Source: Marsupella aquatica
Taxonomy: Eukaryota > Plantae > Marchantiophyta
NCBI GenBank assembly: GCA_973895155.1
Contig: OZ316892.1
Span: forward strand, 30,014,932-30,078,931
Length of the DNA stretch: 64,000 nt
Direction: 5' to 3'
Part shown: in pieces, positions 1-13,300 of the stretch
Position numbering within the stretch: position 1 is the stretch's first letter
Layout of the letters: the number at the start of each line of letters is the position of its first letter
Translations under genes and position numbers: made by a program
Notes under the pieces: generated by a model
The model's input: only the letters and a program-made list of their open reading frames with translations
Database searches by the model: none
Told to the model about the DNA's origin: nothing

Positions 1-2083
1 ATTCATGCACAGGTCATTTTTATGTAAGGAACTTCATGCGCATACCTGTCTTGATTTTCTCTACTACTCCGAACTAAGTAGATATTCTCTACGTATTCAA
101 ACAATGTTGTGGACCAACTTAAATGTACTCTGTACAATGTTTTGCAGCGTACGCAAAGTACCGTGGACCACTTGGAAATGTTCGCAAAGGGGCTTTGGTA
201 AGATTTGACGTAATGTAAACATTACTCTGATGTTTTGGAAATACCAGTATACTCAATCTCCCTGATCAAAGCGGATCCTACTTGTCGTACTCTATTACAA
301 TCTCATGCTCTTTGTAATATTGTGCACAGGTGTCTATGGCAACTGGAACAATTACTGCTTATGCGCTAATGAGTTTGGAAGCACGTGGCATTTTGTTCGT
401 TCAGCCTGGCATTGAGGTACACTTCCCTGTACTGCCTGCTTTCTCTCACCTCTCGTCATGAAATTTGATCGATGAGTGAAAAGGAAGTGCTTCTGATCTC
501 TCTGGCCCTTTCTTCTTTCGCGTAGTGAACTTTAGGGTCTTTTCAACTTCAACAATACATCCACCCTTTCCTGGAATGTACCACTTCCATATTTTATACT
601 GTTCTTCAATTGTTTTGCCACTGGGACATGTTTGCAGACATACGATGGCATGGTAGTCGGTGAGCATTCTCGAGACACCGATTTGGAGGTATGGTGCACT
701 ACCCAATATTTGTTATGCAATTTGGGTTGGATGTGAAAAGGCCAGATGGTATTTTGAGTTGCTGTTTCCTCAAACTTTTTGGTGGTTGTGTTCCAGCTGA
801 ACCCTGTTAGGACCAAAGCACTTACTAACGTCCGCGCGGCGAGTAAAGATGAAAATGTCAATCTCACTCCTCCAAGACAGGTAAGCTTGTTTCGTGTCTT
901 CCTATCTTCGATGCCCTATACGCTGGATCTCAATCCAGGGTTGCAATGCAGTTGCTGAGACGTGTTCTTTCTGAGTATGAGGTTGTTTTATTGAGAGAAT
1001 CTCTGCTCATGCACACCGTACGAAGGTCCAGAATTTAGGGTGGCTCCTTCTTGTTGTATAACAGGTGGATTTTCCTGTCCACTTGTGACGATGCTCTTCG
1101 TTTGAAAGGTGCATGCAAAGAGTTCTTGATCTTTGTGATTCCGTTTGTGATTGTGGTGATTGTCTATGCATGTGCTGCCAGTTATCTTTGGAAGAGGCTA
1201 TTGGATATGTAGTAGCAGATGAGCTTATAGAGGTACGTTTCAAGGTTTTCTGTTAAGCTTTTGATGATGAGATCACGTCCTAGGACATCTAGCTGTGGAC
1301 TTCTGGGTATGTAAATATCTTGGGGTTCTGGTAAGTTTCTTATCATGTATGTTTAGAATCTAATTATGGACTTACCTCTTCCAGGTAACACCGAAGGTGA
1401 TCCGTTTGCGAAAGAAATTTTTAGATTCTTCGAAGAGAAGAACTAATCGGCGCGTTGTGAAAGACAAGTAGACAGACTACAATTTTGCCAGCTATTGTGC
1501 CGTACCAAATGCCCATTAATTTAGTTTACACCACAGGCCTTCAAGTTCCCCCACGTAGATTAGGCCGGTGACCCTATTTTTACAATCATGATTTTTTCGT
1601 TCCATGATTAGAAAAATAAACTGAATGTCCCCTCGTGCTCGAAGGGTGTCACATGTGTGCTTCAGGATTTGGCATCCTGTCGAATAATTATATTCGTTGT
1701 TCCCGTCAAACAAGTCTCAACCAGCTCTTGTGGGTCACCTTTAAAATTGATCTGGATCAAGTCCCTCACGATGAGAGATTGGGACATGAGGACGGATTTG
1801 GCTACGAGTTATTTCTCGTGTTTTCTCGTGTTTTCTCGTGTTCTGCTTTTTATACTACATTTCGTCCGGATTGGGTCCTTTCATCGAATTAGTATAATCC
1901 AATGTTCACAGCTTCTAATTTTTCGAAAAGCTTAGTAATAAACATCCTGTTACATTGTTCTCTTGAAGGGTCAGATTGATTCCAGAAGCTTAAAAGCAAT
2001 TAATTGGGGTCACGTGCAAAATATTTGGCAACAGGTGCCGTAGAGAAGCAAGGCAAATGTGGCCAACCATCCTTTCAGATCAC

Positions 2084-2351
2084 CTGTAGAGTCAACTACT
2101 CCTAACAAGAGGGCAGAAATTTCAGCTGATTCTACGTCTTTAGCAGTAACTACTCCCAACAAGTGGACAGAAATTTCTGTTGGGAATGATCCTGGTTACT
2201 CGTAAGTCAATGATACACTGTAGAGTCAACTACTCCTAACAAGAGGGCAGAAATTTCAGCTGATTCTACGTCTTCAGCAGTAACTACTCCCAACAAGTGG
2301 ACAGAAATTTCTGTTGGGAATGATCCTGGTTACTCGTAAGTCAATGATAGA
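2084..2351 (+). repeat. 134-bp tandem duplication spanning the Copia 5' insertion junction
   Basis: CTGTAGAGTCAACTAC...AAATTTC+TGTTGGGAATGATCC...TCAATGATA occurs twice; the LTR start appears at both 2178 and 2312. Confidence 0.9.
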
Positions 2352-2590
2352 TACACAGCCTTCAATGATAGATACGCAGCCACGTTGCCCTTAAGGATTA
2401 GCTTCAGATTAGTTCAGATCAGGTGTCACAAATTTATTGTCTTTTGCACTTACTTTAAGGAAGTAGAATTAGCGGTTAGATTCAGGGTTATGTTTTAGTC
2501 CATTGATCTCCCCTCTGTTAGGGCTTAGCCAGCCGCTATTTATTTTGCCTCCAGGCACTCGTAATATATCTCAGAAAACCATTTCCAACA
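2312..2590 (+). repeat. Copia 5' LTR (279 bp, includes a 21-bp internal tandem duplication)
   Basis: TG...CA ends; matches the 3' LTR apart from about 7 substitutions and the duplication of TCAATGATAGATAC(A/G)CAGCC. Confidence 0.95.
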
Positions 2591-2602
2591 TGGTATCAGA
2601 GC
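2591..2602 (+). promoter_or_regulatory. Primer-binding site complementary to initiator tRNA-Met
   Basis: TGGTATCAGAGC immediately after the 5' LTR. Confidence 0.95.
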
Positions 2603-2829
2603 TCCAGGACTGAGATTAGCTACGACTACATTCCTAGTTAGCTGTTAAGTAGTACTACGCTCAGTAGAAAGGTCCCTGACCTATGTACACTTACATATAG
2701 GGATGAGAGCTATGGATTACTCTTCGAGTGAGAATTCCTTGAAGCAGGTGTAACACATCATAGTGTAAGTCGCGTATTTCGAGGGAGGAGTCCTCGAATT
2801 TGTTTTTTTAGTTACAGCACTAAGTCAAT

Positions 2830-5800
2830 ATGGAGCTTCTCAGATTGTTTTCTGAGAACGACAAGCTTGATGGCTCAGTCAAACATATGACCTGGACCAT
2901 AGTAGTCAAAAACTTCCTGAAACGTGATGAGTTGTTTGATGAACTCAACTTCGGAGTCAAGCCTGATGCTAACGGCAACATCATCGATGGGGGAGCACAT
3001 CTGACTGCAGCCGAGAAGAAGAAGAAGAAGATAAGTGCAACTTCGATCCTGGCAGCCACTGTGAAACCGAAATTTCTTCCCACTGTGGACAAGTTCAATG
3101 ACAATCCAGCAAAGTGCTGGGAACATTTCCACCAACGCTTTGGCGGTGATCTGCTGCAGCGTCAACTGCTTCTAGAACAGAAGTTGCAAAGCACCACCAT
3201 GCGCGATGGTAGCTCTGTGGAAACTTACATCAATACCATCAATGAGCTGGCTGGTCACCTGTCCAGCATCAATGCAGAGGTGGAGGAGACTCGTCTCATG
3301 CATATTGTGCTAAAAGGGCTCCCGCTAAGTTGGTCTCCTTTTGTCACCATCTTCGGAGCCGATCTGTCACGATCACCCAAGCCAACTTTCTCTAGTCTTA
3401 TTGAGCGACTTCAGTCTGAGGAATACTGGCGGAAAGACAAGCAGATCGAGACAACCGATGAAGCCATGGCAGTCACTCGTCATTTTGGACGAGGAAGGGG
3501 TAGGGGACGTTTTCAACCACGATATCAAGCCAACTACAATCATCGGGGCAACAATCCCCGGAAAAATCATCAAGGTCAAGGGCGCAGGCCGCCAGGAAAT
3601 TGCAACTACTGCAATAAACCTGGTCACTGGGAGGCCAACTATGATCTTAAATCACTCGATGATCAGATTGCTGACTTGCAGCTCAAGGCTGCAAATATTT
3701 GTCAATTTTGTCCCCAGGCTAATGTTGTTGAAATTCCTCCGCTCCATGATGGAGATCCAGAGGACGAAGACCAGTACGCCATTGATGAACGAGAACAAAT
3801 CGAAGCACACTTCACTGAGATCGACACCACCGGTAGCTCTAGCGAATGGATCTCAGATTCTGGCGCTAGTGCTCATGTTAGTGGCGATAATGATGTGTTC
3901 CGCAAAATTGCCCCTGGCAACTCTGATTCTGTTACCACTGCCAGTGGCAGCAAGCTTCCTATAGCCGGTCACGGCAACATTTCCGTTGACAATAAAGCTG
4001 TCACCAAAGTTTTGTACGTCCCAGGGTTGCAACGCAACAACCTTCTGTCGGTTGGATGTTTCACTGACGCTGGCCACCTTGTATTATTCAACTCCAAATC
4101 ATGTTTTGTTTACGACAGGGACAATCCGCGGAAGGTGTTCCTTAAAGGGAACCGAGACCCCAAGAAGAAGCTTTATAAGCTTAAGCAGCGACTCCTGGCT
4201 ACCCCACCTATTCGCTCCTCCTCGCATATTCAACTACATCAAAACTTACGTCACTCTGCACCTGTATTGGTCTCCAAAGCATCACCTCTAGACCAGGTCA
4301 AACTTTGGTATTGAAGATTGGGTCACTTCAACTATCAGATTGTTCATCATATGTCAAAAATCTTGAAGGTAACTGGTCTACCCCCACTTCCAAGGATCAA
4401 ACATTCATGTGATACCTATGTACTTGCAAAACATCATCGGGAAAAAATTCCCGCTCGTTCTATCTCTCGTAGTTCTCGCCCCTTAGAGTTAATTCACTCT
4501 GATCTATGTGGCCCTATCATAGTCCAAATTCCTCCAAGTACATTCTCACATTTATCGATGATTACTCTCGATTCACCTAGGTCTATTTTCTTTCCCAAAA
4601 GAGTGAGACATTTGATAGATTCAAAGAATTCAAGCTTATGGTGGAAAAGCAATTCTCAAACCATATTGCTTGCTTACGATCGGATAGAGGAGGAGAATAC
4701 GTGTCTACTGAGTTCCTAGATTTTTGTACACGTAACAGAATTCGACGTCAACTGCCTGTTCGATTTGCTGAACGGAAAAATAGGACCCTTCTAGAAGGAG
4801 CTCGCAGCCTTCTCATCAACTCAAACTATTCTACCGCACTTTGGCCTGAAGCAATCCGGACAGCAAACTATCTCCAGAACCAATTAGGCACCAAGGCCCT
4901 TCATTGCTCTACCCCATTTGAAGCTCTTTACGGCTCCAAACCTGATGTGCAACATCTACGTGTGATTGGTGTTAGATATTGCTCTAGTCTTGTGACTCAT
5001 GAGCTAACCACAGTTAGTCTAACTCGGGTTAGGACTTAGCTAATGTTAGCGGTAGTGCTTTTGTGTATATAGCCAGGGCTGAAGCCAAACCCTGGTAGAA
5101 CTTAGGCTCATTGTTACGGAGCTAGTTGAGAGATAGGGAGAGCTAGTTGAGAGATAGGGAGAGCTTGTGCTGTGGATGCTTGGTATGGCCGGTCGGCCTA
5201 GAGTACAATAAAGCTTTTGTGTGTTCCCGTGGACGTAGCCTCATGTGGAGGTGAACCACGTAACTCTCTGTGTCGACTATTGTGCGTTGGATGGTTCATG
5301 GCCTTGCCGTTACGAATGTCGTCTATGCTCAACAATTGGCTGTCGGGCATATGTCCTCCTTCCAGCTTCCATGAGATCCAAACTCAGTGCTAAGGCTATT
5401 CCCACTACTCTCGTCGGCTATGATGATAAATCTAAAGCCTATCGTTGTTTTGATGCAGTCAACAAACGCATCATTATATCTAGAGATGTCACGTTCGATG
5501 AGTCTATTATGGTGGCTACCGATACAAACACTACTCCCGCTGAAAAAAAAATTGACTCCATTCTTTCTACTTTTGATCCAACTCTGGACCTTCCTGTTGC
5601 ACCACCGCCGCTGATTCAAGTGGATAGGCCTCCCGTCCTAGAGGGGGAACAAGTCATTATGAACCCAGCAGAAGAAGTAATTGAGGATCCAGCACATCCA
5701 ATGGATCCTCCACATCCTGTTCAACTTCATTTTGAACCTCTTGACATACCACCTCCCGTTAATGACTTACCACTTGCTCCTCGACCAGCAGCACTTTGAC

Positions 5801-7523
5801 ACTCTCTCAGGGCTCATCGACCTCCTCCATGGCACAACGGCTACGACATGAGCACAAATCAAGTGGAATCCTCCAGTCCAGAGTATGAGAACCTTTCCAT
5901 TGAACAAGCTCTTCAGCATCCTGGCTGGAAACTTGCAATGCAGGAAGAAATCGACTCTCTACAAAAAATGGGTACTTGGGAACTTGTGTATCTTCCTACT
6001 GGACGACGTGCTCTAACTGCAAAATGGGTTTTTTAAGCCAAACCTGACACTACCAGATTTCGACTAAAGGCTCGCCTTGTGGCTTGAGGCTTTGAACAGA
6101 AATTTGGCATTGATTATAATGAGACTTTGCCCCGGGTGTTAAATGGTCGACATTACGTACCATCATAGCCATAGCAATTGCAAATGGTTGGGAACTGCAT
6201 CACATGGACGTCGTCACAACATTCCTTAATGGTACTCTCACTGAAGAGATCTACATGCACCAGCTGCAAGGGTTCGCAATTCCTGGCAAGGAATCAATGG
6301 TATGCAAGCTTTGACAATCTCTATATGGCCTAAAACAGTCTCCACGAGCCTGGTATGAAGAGATTGATTCACATCTCACCTCCACAGGCTGGACTCGAAG
6401 CCTCTGTGACCCAAACCTTTACTTCAAGCATCAAGATAATCATATTGTTATTCTGATGCTTTATGTCGATGGTCTACTTGTTACTGGAAGCAATACCGAC
6501 CTTATTACCTCTGTCAAAGCTCATCTCCAACAGCGCTATCACATGAAGGACTTAGTTAGGACTTGCCCAAAAATATCTCGGTATTGAATTTCTTCGTACC
6601 CCTACCGGTCTGATCTTACACCAGACCTCCTATTGTGAGCAACTTGTTCAAGAGTTCGGCATGCAAGACTCTAAATCTGAGAAAATTCCACTTCCAGAGG
6701 GCCATATGTTTACTAGCGACACTGGTACCCCTCCGATCAATGTCACTGATTATTGTCATGTTGTGGGCAAGCTTTTGTTTCCCACAAATTCCCGACCTGA
6801 TATTTCTTATGTTGTCAGCATTGTCAGCCGCTACATGTCTAAGCCATGCAATAGCGTCATTGGGAGTTTGTGAAGCATATACTTCGGTATCTCTAAGGTA
6901 CCACAGACTTTGGCATTGAGTTCACCAGATCTACCACGTCCACCCTCCAAGGTTTTTCAGATGCAGACTTTCTCGCCCGCTTTCTCGGCTGCATCGACAC
7001 TCGCCGCTCTAGAGGAGCTTACCTGCTACAATGTACTTGCAGCAGGACCAGAGTCTTGGTCCAGTAAGATTCAATCCGCGGTCTCCGACAACACCACAGA
7101 AGCGAAATATAAGGCACTATCTGAGTGCGCCAAGGAGGCTGTCTACCTTCGCCGATTGCTCCTAGAACTTAATTACTTCTTTCTCCATCCCAGGTATCTC
7201 TAGGACATTTGGACGTCACCATTCAGAGCAATCTTATTGATGCATCTACTCCTACGACATTTTATGTCCATCTTCATTGCGACAATCAAGGATCCATTAA
7301 ATTAGCCAGAAATCCCATTTTCCACGCACGTACAAAACATATAGAAGGAAAACACCACTTTATACGTGAACGGGTGTTAGAGGGGGAAGTTTTACTTTCG
7401 TATATTAACACCGCAGAAAATCCTGTAGATTTTCTTACAAAGCCTCTTTCTCATTCAAAATTTGAGAAACATAGGGATTCTATCGGAGTCAAGTCAATCT
7501 TTGCCATACAGTATAAATCTTGA
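2830..7523 (+). pseudogene. Copia gag-pol polyprotein, interrupted by stops, frameshifts and a solo-LTR insertion
   Basis: Zn knuckle CNYCNKPGHWEANY; protease WISDSGASAH; integrase LELIHSDLCGP / LRSDRGGEY / AERKNRTLLEGARSLL; RT RLKARLVA, LYGLKQSPRAWY, LYVDGLLVTG; RNase H HCDNQGSIKLARNPIFHARTKHIE. Confidence 0.95.
4970..5334 (+). mobile_element. Solo LTR (365 bp) nested in the Copia integrase
   Basis: TGTTAG...CTCAACA with TSD ATTGG (4965-4969 / 5335-5339); removing it restores HLRVIG-CRAYVLLP. Confidence 0.93.
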
Positions 7524-7803
7524 CCACGACTCTATATCCCTCTACTCCTGTATATCTAAGGAGAAAATGTTATGCTTCCTGCAAGGTCCCAAATGCCTGA
7601 TGACAATTCCCTGAATAGCCACTCACCTCCCAGTTCGCATCGACCCAGGAATTATAGATTCCCGGTGTGCGTCCAACTACAACTGCATAAAAACGATGTT
7701 TATGCTGCATCGGTATTATTGCCCCACGTATAGCATCGCTAAATTGAATCTTTGATGCAGAGGGGGCGTCAATCGGTGGCATCACTGCACGGGTTCTTGA
7801 CAA
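7489..7803 (-). pseudogene. Antisense accessory ORF in the Copia 3' region with an RNase H1 N-terminal hybrid-binding (Cauli_VI-like) domain
   Basis: HRFYAVVVGRTPGIYNSWVDANWEVSGYSGNCHQAFGTLQEA*HFL matches the HBD consensus FYAV..GR.PGIY..W.e....V.gysga..k.F.t.eeA..fl; the TAA at 7570-7572 looks premature. Confidence 0.8.
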
Positions 7804-8080
7804 ATGGCATCTCCACCGACGACACTAATGCCCTTGTTGACATACGACTGTCTACAATCTCACTCTCTACTGGTTCCGTCTTCCAACACCTACACATCCC
7901 CATATTGACTACGAATCCATTGCGTTGTCTTCTTACAACCGACATACAACAAATGGAACAGTTGCCCCAGTGCCTCTATGCTGGCACTAAAACTTACTAC
8001 CAACACTCATCGCAGCGACATCTTCGACCTTTTTCCTTCTGAACTTTCTCAGTGACTCTCTAATCCTTGCTTACTTACTC

Positions 8081-8089
8081 GAGAGGGGG
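8081..8089 (+). promoter_or_regulatory. Polypurine tract
   Basis: GAGAGGGGG directly before the 3' LTR. Confidence 0.9.
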
Positions 8090-8347
8090 TGTTGGGAATG
8101 ATCCTGGTTACTCGTAAGTCAATGATAGATACGCAGCCACATTGCCCTTAAGGATTAGCTTCAGATTAGTTCAGATCAGGTGTCACAAGTTTATTGTCTT
8201 TTGCACTTACTTTAAGGAAGTAGAATTAGCAGTTAGATTCAGGGTTATGTTTTAGTCCATTGATCTCCCCTCTGTTACGGCTTAGCGAGCCGCTATTTAT
8301 TCTGCCTTCAGGCACTCGTAATATATCTCAGAAAACCATTTCCAACA
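8090..8347 (+). repeat. Copia 3' LTR (258 bp)
   Basis: Direct repeat of 2312-2590, followed by TSD ATTTC. Confidence 0.95.
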
Positions 8348-8352
8348 ATTTC

Positions 8353-10392
8353 AGCTGTTTCTACATCTTTAGGAGAAGGTTTGCTCCCCGGCTGCATCTC
8401 TTCCTGCTCCTTCTGTGAGATCCTAGTCAAAGAACTTACCTCGTCTTCTTGATCTGTATCTTCTCCTACTTCCTCCCCTGAGAAGTCCTTGGCTGGTTCA
8501 TGGTCATACCCCGGACGACACCTCGTGGTTTTGGGCGTCTATGTCCGCGTCTGAAATGCTAGTATCAGAACTGCTAGGTGGTGAATTACAGTACAAAAGC
8601 TTCCCACTTAAATAAACCTTCAATATCAGCCGCGCTGCATGTATCTCATCAATACCCCGTCAAATAGCAAAGGTGAAGAGTAATTCAGCAGCTGAAGGAG
8701 GCCAAGTTTGATCTTCATACAGCTTGGGTTTTGGTAATGAGATTCCATAAGTAGCCTCTGGAGTATTCCTAGGTATATTCTCTGCCACAACTTAGATTGG
8801 ACCCTTTGTGATCAGTCAACTTATTAATTGGCGGCAAGACCCCAGATGCCACCATCTCTGACTTAGAGCTTGAGAATGATGGAAAGCAGTCTCCTCTACT
8901 GACTTAGCCCATATCGCCTCATTGTTTTAGCTATAGATTGGCTGATGCTGAATTTTCCTTGGCCAATTCACTTGCGAACTTCTCCTCAGCAGTTGCAACC
9001 TGTTGATCAGTATTCTTCTCAACTATTGTAGAGTTTTGCTTAAAGTGGCAACCCTCCCCTTCTCAATGCCAACACCTCCTTGTGCTTTGCCACTAAGGCG
9101 GCCTCGATTTTCTACTGATTGGCCAACTGCTTGCAAAGTCACTCCACAGTTGATTTTAACCTATATGCCTCCTCTGCCTTCAATTGACTCTCTGCTTCTA
9201 GCTTCTTCAGCTCTTCCTAGGCTTCCTTTGATTGTGCACTAAGCACAGCGACCTTTGCAAATTCAGCTTAATGCTGCTCCAAAACCTCTAGTATGTCCAC
9301 CCTCCTGGCCTGCTTTGCTGCCATCTCCCTGAGCCTCTTTATAAGCTCCTCCTTCACCCTGACCTCCGCATCATACAAAACCAAAAGTCAAGAGTACTTC
9401 ATTGCTTACCTAAGCTTCAGACACCCGTAGGGATTCAAAGTCCTCTGGAATTAGCTCAGCTAGCACCTTCCCCATTGCATTGTTAAGATGAGCTAAGAAC
9501 TCAAATCTGTAGTCCAATAAAGGTCCATCATACCTTGATCCTCTTACCATTCAGTCACGCCAAGCCTGCTCACTAAACCCATCTAAAGGTAGGAACATCC
9601 TGTCTGCAGAACTCCACCTCGTAAGATGCTGTCAGCCCAAGGACCACCTGGTACATCTTCCTCTAAATCTGCTTCTCTATCCTTGTCTGAATTCACTATT
9701 TGTTGTGCTGCTTCCCTGTCCTCTTCATTAAAAATTAATGCAGCAGCCTCCTCAACTATTTCCTCCTCAATCCCACCTGACCATCTCCTTCAGCCCTTGG
9801 TGAGATTGGCAAATCCCAGTACTGAATCCAAGCACGAGGAGCCTTAAGTGGCTTGTCTCTTCCACATACCTTGACTTCCCTTCTTACATGCTCAGCAGGA
9901 CCAAAGTGGCTTTACTAATACCCTTGTTATTGCTCTTTATCAAGGGTCTCCAATTCTTCTTCCTTGAATGGGGTGGTTAGAGCCTCCTGATGCTCGGCCA
10001 TACACCTTTAAAACTACTTGCGTGTTGAAGTGGACCTCTTGTCCTAGTATGATGGTGAGTTTCCCCTCTAGATCCCACCTTCCCACAAATTCAATGCGCT
10101 CCCTCTTAGGCACAATCTCCTCCAACCAAACCAATGTTTCTCCTATTCCCTGGCCTTGACCCACCTAGCTTCTTTCCCCCAACTTTGAATTGCTCAAATT
10201 TGTCAAAGGCAATGGACTAGTGACCGGGACATTCTCCCACCAGTCCTGGTCATTGTCTCACTCCTTCATTGTATCTATAACTTCATTTTTCCCCTCTACT
10301 CCTCCAAAGATCTCATGTTTGCTCGCTGCAAATTCTTGATGAATCCTCGTGAGAGGCTACTTGTCATTGTGCATCCTGGTGGTTTTTGCCCA
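8353..10392 (-). pseudogene. Highly decayed retrotransposon accessory-type ORF (EFV...motif plus acidic/coiled-coil region) into which the Copia inserted
   Basis: Fragment RERIEFVGRWDLEGKLTIILGQEVHFNTQVVLKVYGRASGG resembles the core of the 50057-52090 ORF; E/A/K-rich helical segments follow; many stops. Boundaries approximate. Confidence 0.4.
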
Positions 10393-13300
10393 TCTTTGTG
10401 TTTGAAAAGGTTGTTTGGAGGTTGAGAAATTTGTGAGTGCAAAAAATTGCTCATGGGTCAAACTGCGCACAAAAGACTGGTGGTGTGCTGTCTGTCAGTC
10501 GTGAGATACTTTTACCAAGGCAAATAGTGCGACTGATGAGGCTGTCCTCCAGTTACTTCAGGCCGATGTTGACTCGGCCTGCCACCCGTACCAGATGAAT
10601 CTTTCACCCATCGAGCAAATGGGAGACACGAATGCGCCTTTCACCCATATAGCGAGTGGGGGATGGCACAACTAGTGTGGATGCTCTGATAATGCAGCAC
10701 CGTCCAGGCGGGACATGGGGCTGGACAATAGATGCGGTGCTTGGGCTTTTGTGAGGGTTTGGCTCCCTTTTTCTTCACATCCAGCCTAGCTCGCTAAACA
10801 ACAAATGCAGCTCTGTCCTTGCATCCGGACATATGGCTTGACATTAGAGGCCATGCTTGGGCATTTGTGAGGGTTTGGTTCGCTTTGTCTTCACATCCAG
10901 CCATCTCACTCACTGAACAGCAAAGAGAGCTGCCCTTTCATCCGTCGATGATTGTCATTGCTTTGTAGCCCCAGAAATGAACAAAAGGCAAATTAGATTG
11001 GATGCACGCTCTTCTTCGCAGCTGTGTCGTACAAAATCTCCTTTCAATCCCAACTCATTTTTGCACAAACATAGTCAGAATCAATTGATGAAAGCTTGAA
11101 GCTTTCAATGAGCTTCTCACTTGCACAACATGAGCTGGTGACCCAAGGGCTATACGTCAAGAAGCGCTGGCAACATTGACTAGAAGGCCAATTGTGAAAG
11201 AGACTCTATGCTTTGTGCAATTCACATGTGCCAACTCCCCTGCTCTGTCCACTCCCCAGGACTTCTATGCTCTCTGCAAACTTGATTCCCAATTTGCAGA
11301 TCATTGTTTGTGCCTCTCGTTCAACTCCAGGACAGTTGACATGGCACCTCAGATGTAGGCAGCAATGCACTGTCCGAAACCCTCTGAAGTCAGTTTCTTG
11401 TACACAAACCCCACCACAAAGTAGGGTTCAGACAAAGTTTTTGACACTCTGAAGAAATATGATGATTCTTGGGTGCTTTGACGCTGACAAAAGCATGGTA
11501 ATTGGGGATTTTTTAAGGCAGCAGCCGAACACAGACGGGCAGCAGACAATCTGAATGACATTCCAGGGACTCTTGTCGCTGAACCCACAAGCTGGTCAAC
11601 GCAATATACAGCACCAAGTTAAGCATATCAATGTGCCAAAACTCTCTTCCCTAAAGATCTGCACATCTGTTCACTGCAAAATCTAATGCTGTCAGGGAGA
11701 GTGACTCCGATTTTAAATTGCAAAAAGATTTTAATCTGGCAAACACTTTATTTGTAAACTATTGATAGGGTCTTATTTTTTCTTGCGTACTGTAACGTCT
11801 ACAGAGTGAGTTATGGAGGACTTTTCGAGGACCTTTCGTGCATCATGATTGCCGCAAATGTCTTCGCCATTGAGGTGTTCTTTACTCCTCGGCAGAACTG
11901 CCAGAGTACTTTTCTAGAAACGATTTCGTTTGCTGCCTTGGGTCGTGTACAATTGTGCACAGTAGAACTCACCATGAGCTTTATTCGTTCAATGTCAAGT
12001 CTCCATTTCTGATTTCATCTTTACCTAGTACCACATTCGGAGCTATCCTTCAACTTCATTCATCCCGATTAGTATACATCACTTTTCCTATGCATTTGTC
12101 CGCCCTCTCCTCCGCTTTGTGTTGTACTTCCTTCATCCCTCTCCTAAGATCAGCTCTCCTCTGTCCTGGCTTGTTTGCCAATCTGGCCAATGTTCATCTC
12201 AAGTGATAGAAACGACATTTTAAGGCTCATACACGTTGCCCGGAAGAAAATCCCGTCAAGCAAAATTGAAGTAATGCCTTTAAGAGGGAGACAGCCTCGT
12301 CAAGCCAAATAAAAAACTAGTCCTTTCAAAGGAACTACCATAGAACTACTCAGTGTTTTTCCAATTTCACCAAGTCCAAGAAGGTCTATTAAGGAAGAAC
12401 CGTTGATGGTGTAGCACGAAACCTAGATTTGTGTGATACAAAGAATCCTGCTGACAGCGAATGGAGAAAGAGATTATGGTAGACTCTTATGAGCTCATAT
12501 GAATTGAGCGCTCGAACCTGCTTTCCATTTTATCACAAACTGGTCTAAGAAAACGATCCACGGCAAACGAATATAACTGGGGAACAAATGGTTGCAACTG
12601 CACATTTGGACCTTACACCGCTTAAGGTCGTAAAACAGCTTGGATCCTTTTCACTCAATGCAGAAAATTCGGTGGTGGATCGCAGACAGTAGGTTGCTCA
12701 GGTCTACCCAAATTCTAGACCCCAGGAGAGCACTGAAGACACTTTTATCTTCCTGGAAGTCAAAAACCATCTATAAAACAGGTACTGCCCACCACGGAGT
12801 CCAACATTTGAACTGAAACTTTGTCAGCAGCAAGCAAATGAACGACCCAAGGCCACTACATTGGATTTCGATTCTTTCCAACAGGAGCTCCTACAGTAAG
12901 GTAAAGTAGATTATAGAAATCTCCCTTCTGGGATATCCCCTGCCGATATTTGTATCATTCAACGTTTGAGATCTGATCGCAGGCCAAAGGACGGCCAAGA
13001 AGGAACTCTACAGGAGACATAGCAAACCCGGAATGGTATACGATTGGCACTACATAGAAACAATGATAGGACAGCCCACAAGGGATGCCGGACGTTTTCT
13101 ATACAAGAGAAATGATCCTACCCACCATGAGAAGCGAAGATTGGAGAACTTTACAAATTATAGTCAATCCTTGTGAACACTATCAATTGACGCAATCAAC
13201 AGACCACCGATGTCCTTCAGCATAACTGCAAGCGTTCATTGAGCGGCCATTGACAGTCTCAATAGCAAAATTGATTTATTTTAGAGATTCGGGACCGGAA

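Larger units (their letters stand above)
2312..8347 (+). mobile_element. Full-length Ty1/Copia LTR retrotransposon (decayed coding region)
   Basis: Two LTRs TGTTGGGAAT...TTTCCAACA (2312-2590, 8090-8347); TSD ATTTC (2307-2311 / 8348-8352); PBS TGGTATCAGAGC; PPT GAGAGGGGG; gag-PR-IN-RT-RH order. Confidence 0.97.

Noticed and set aside
1-1500. Fragmentary minus-strand ORFs suggesting an old TE or gene
   Set aside because: No motif I can assign; left unannotated.
7570-7803. Endogenous caulimovirus as the source of the Cauli_VI domain
   Set aside because: No movement protein, coat protein or viral RT nearby; the segment lies within intact Copia boundaries.
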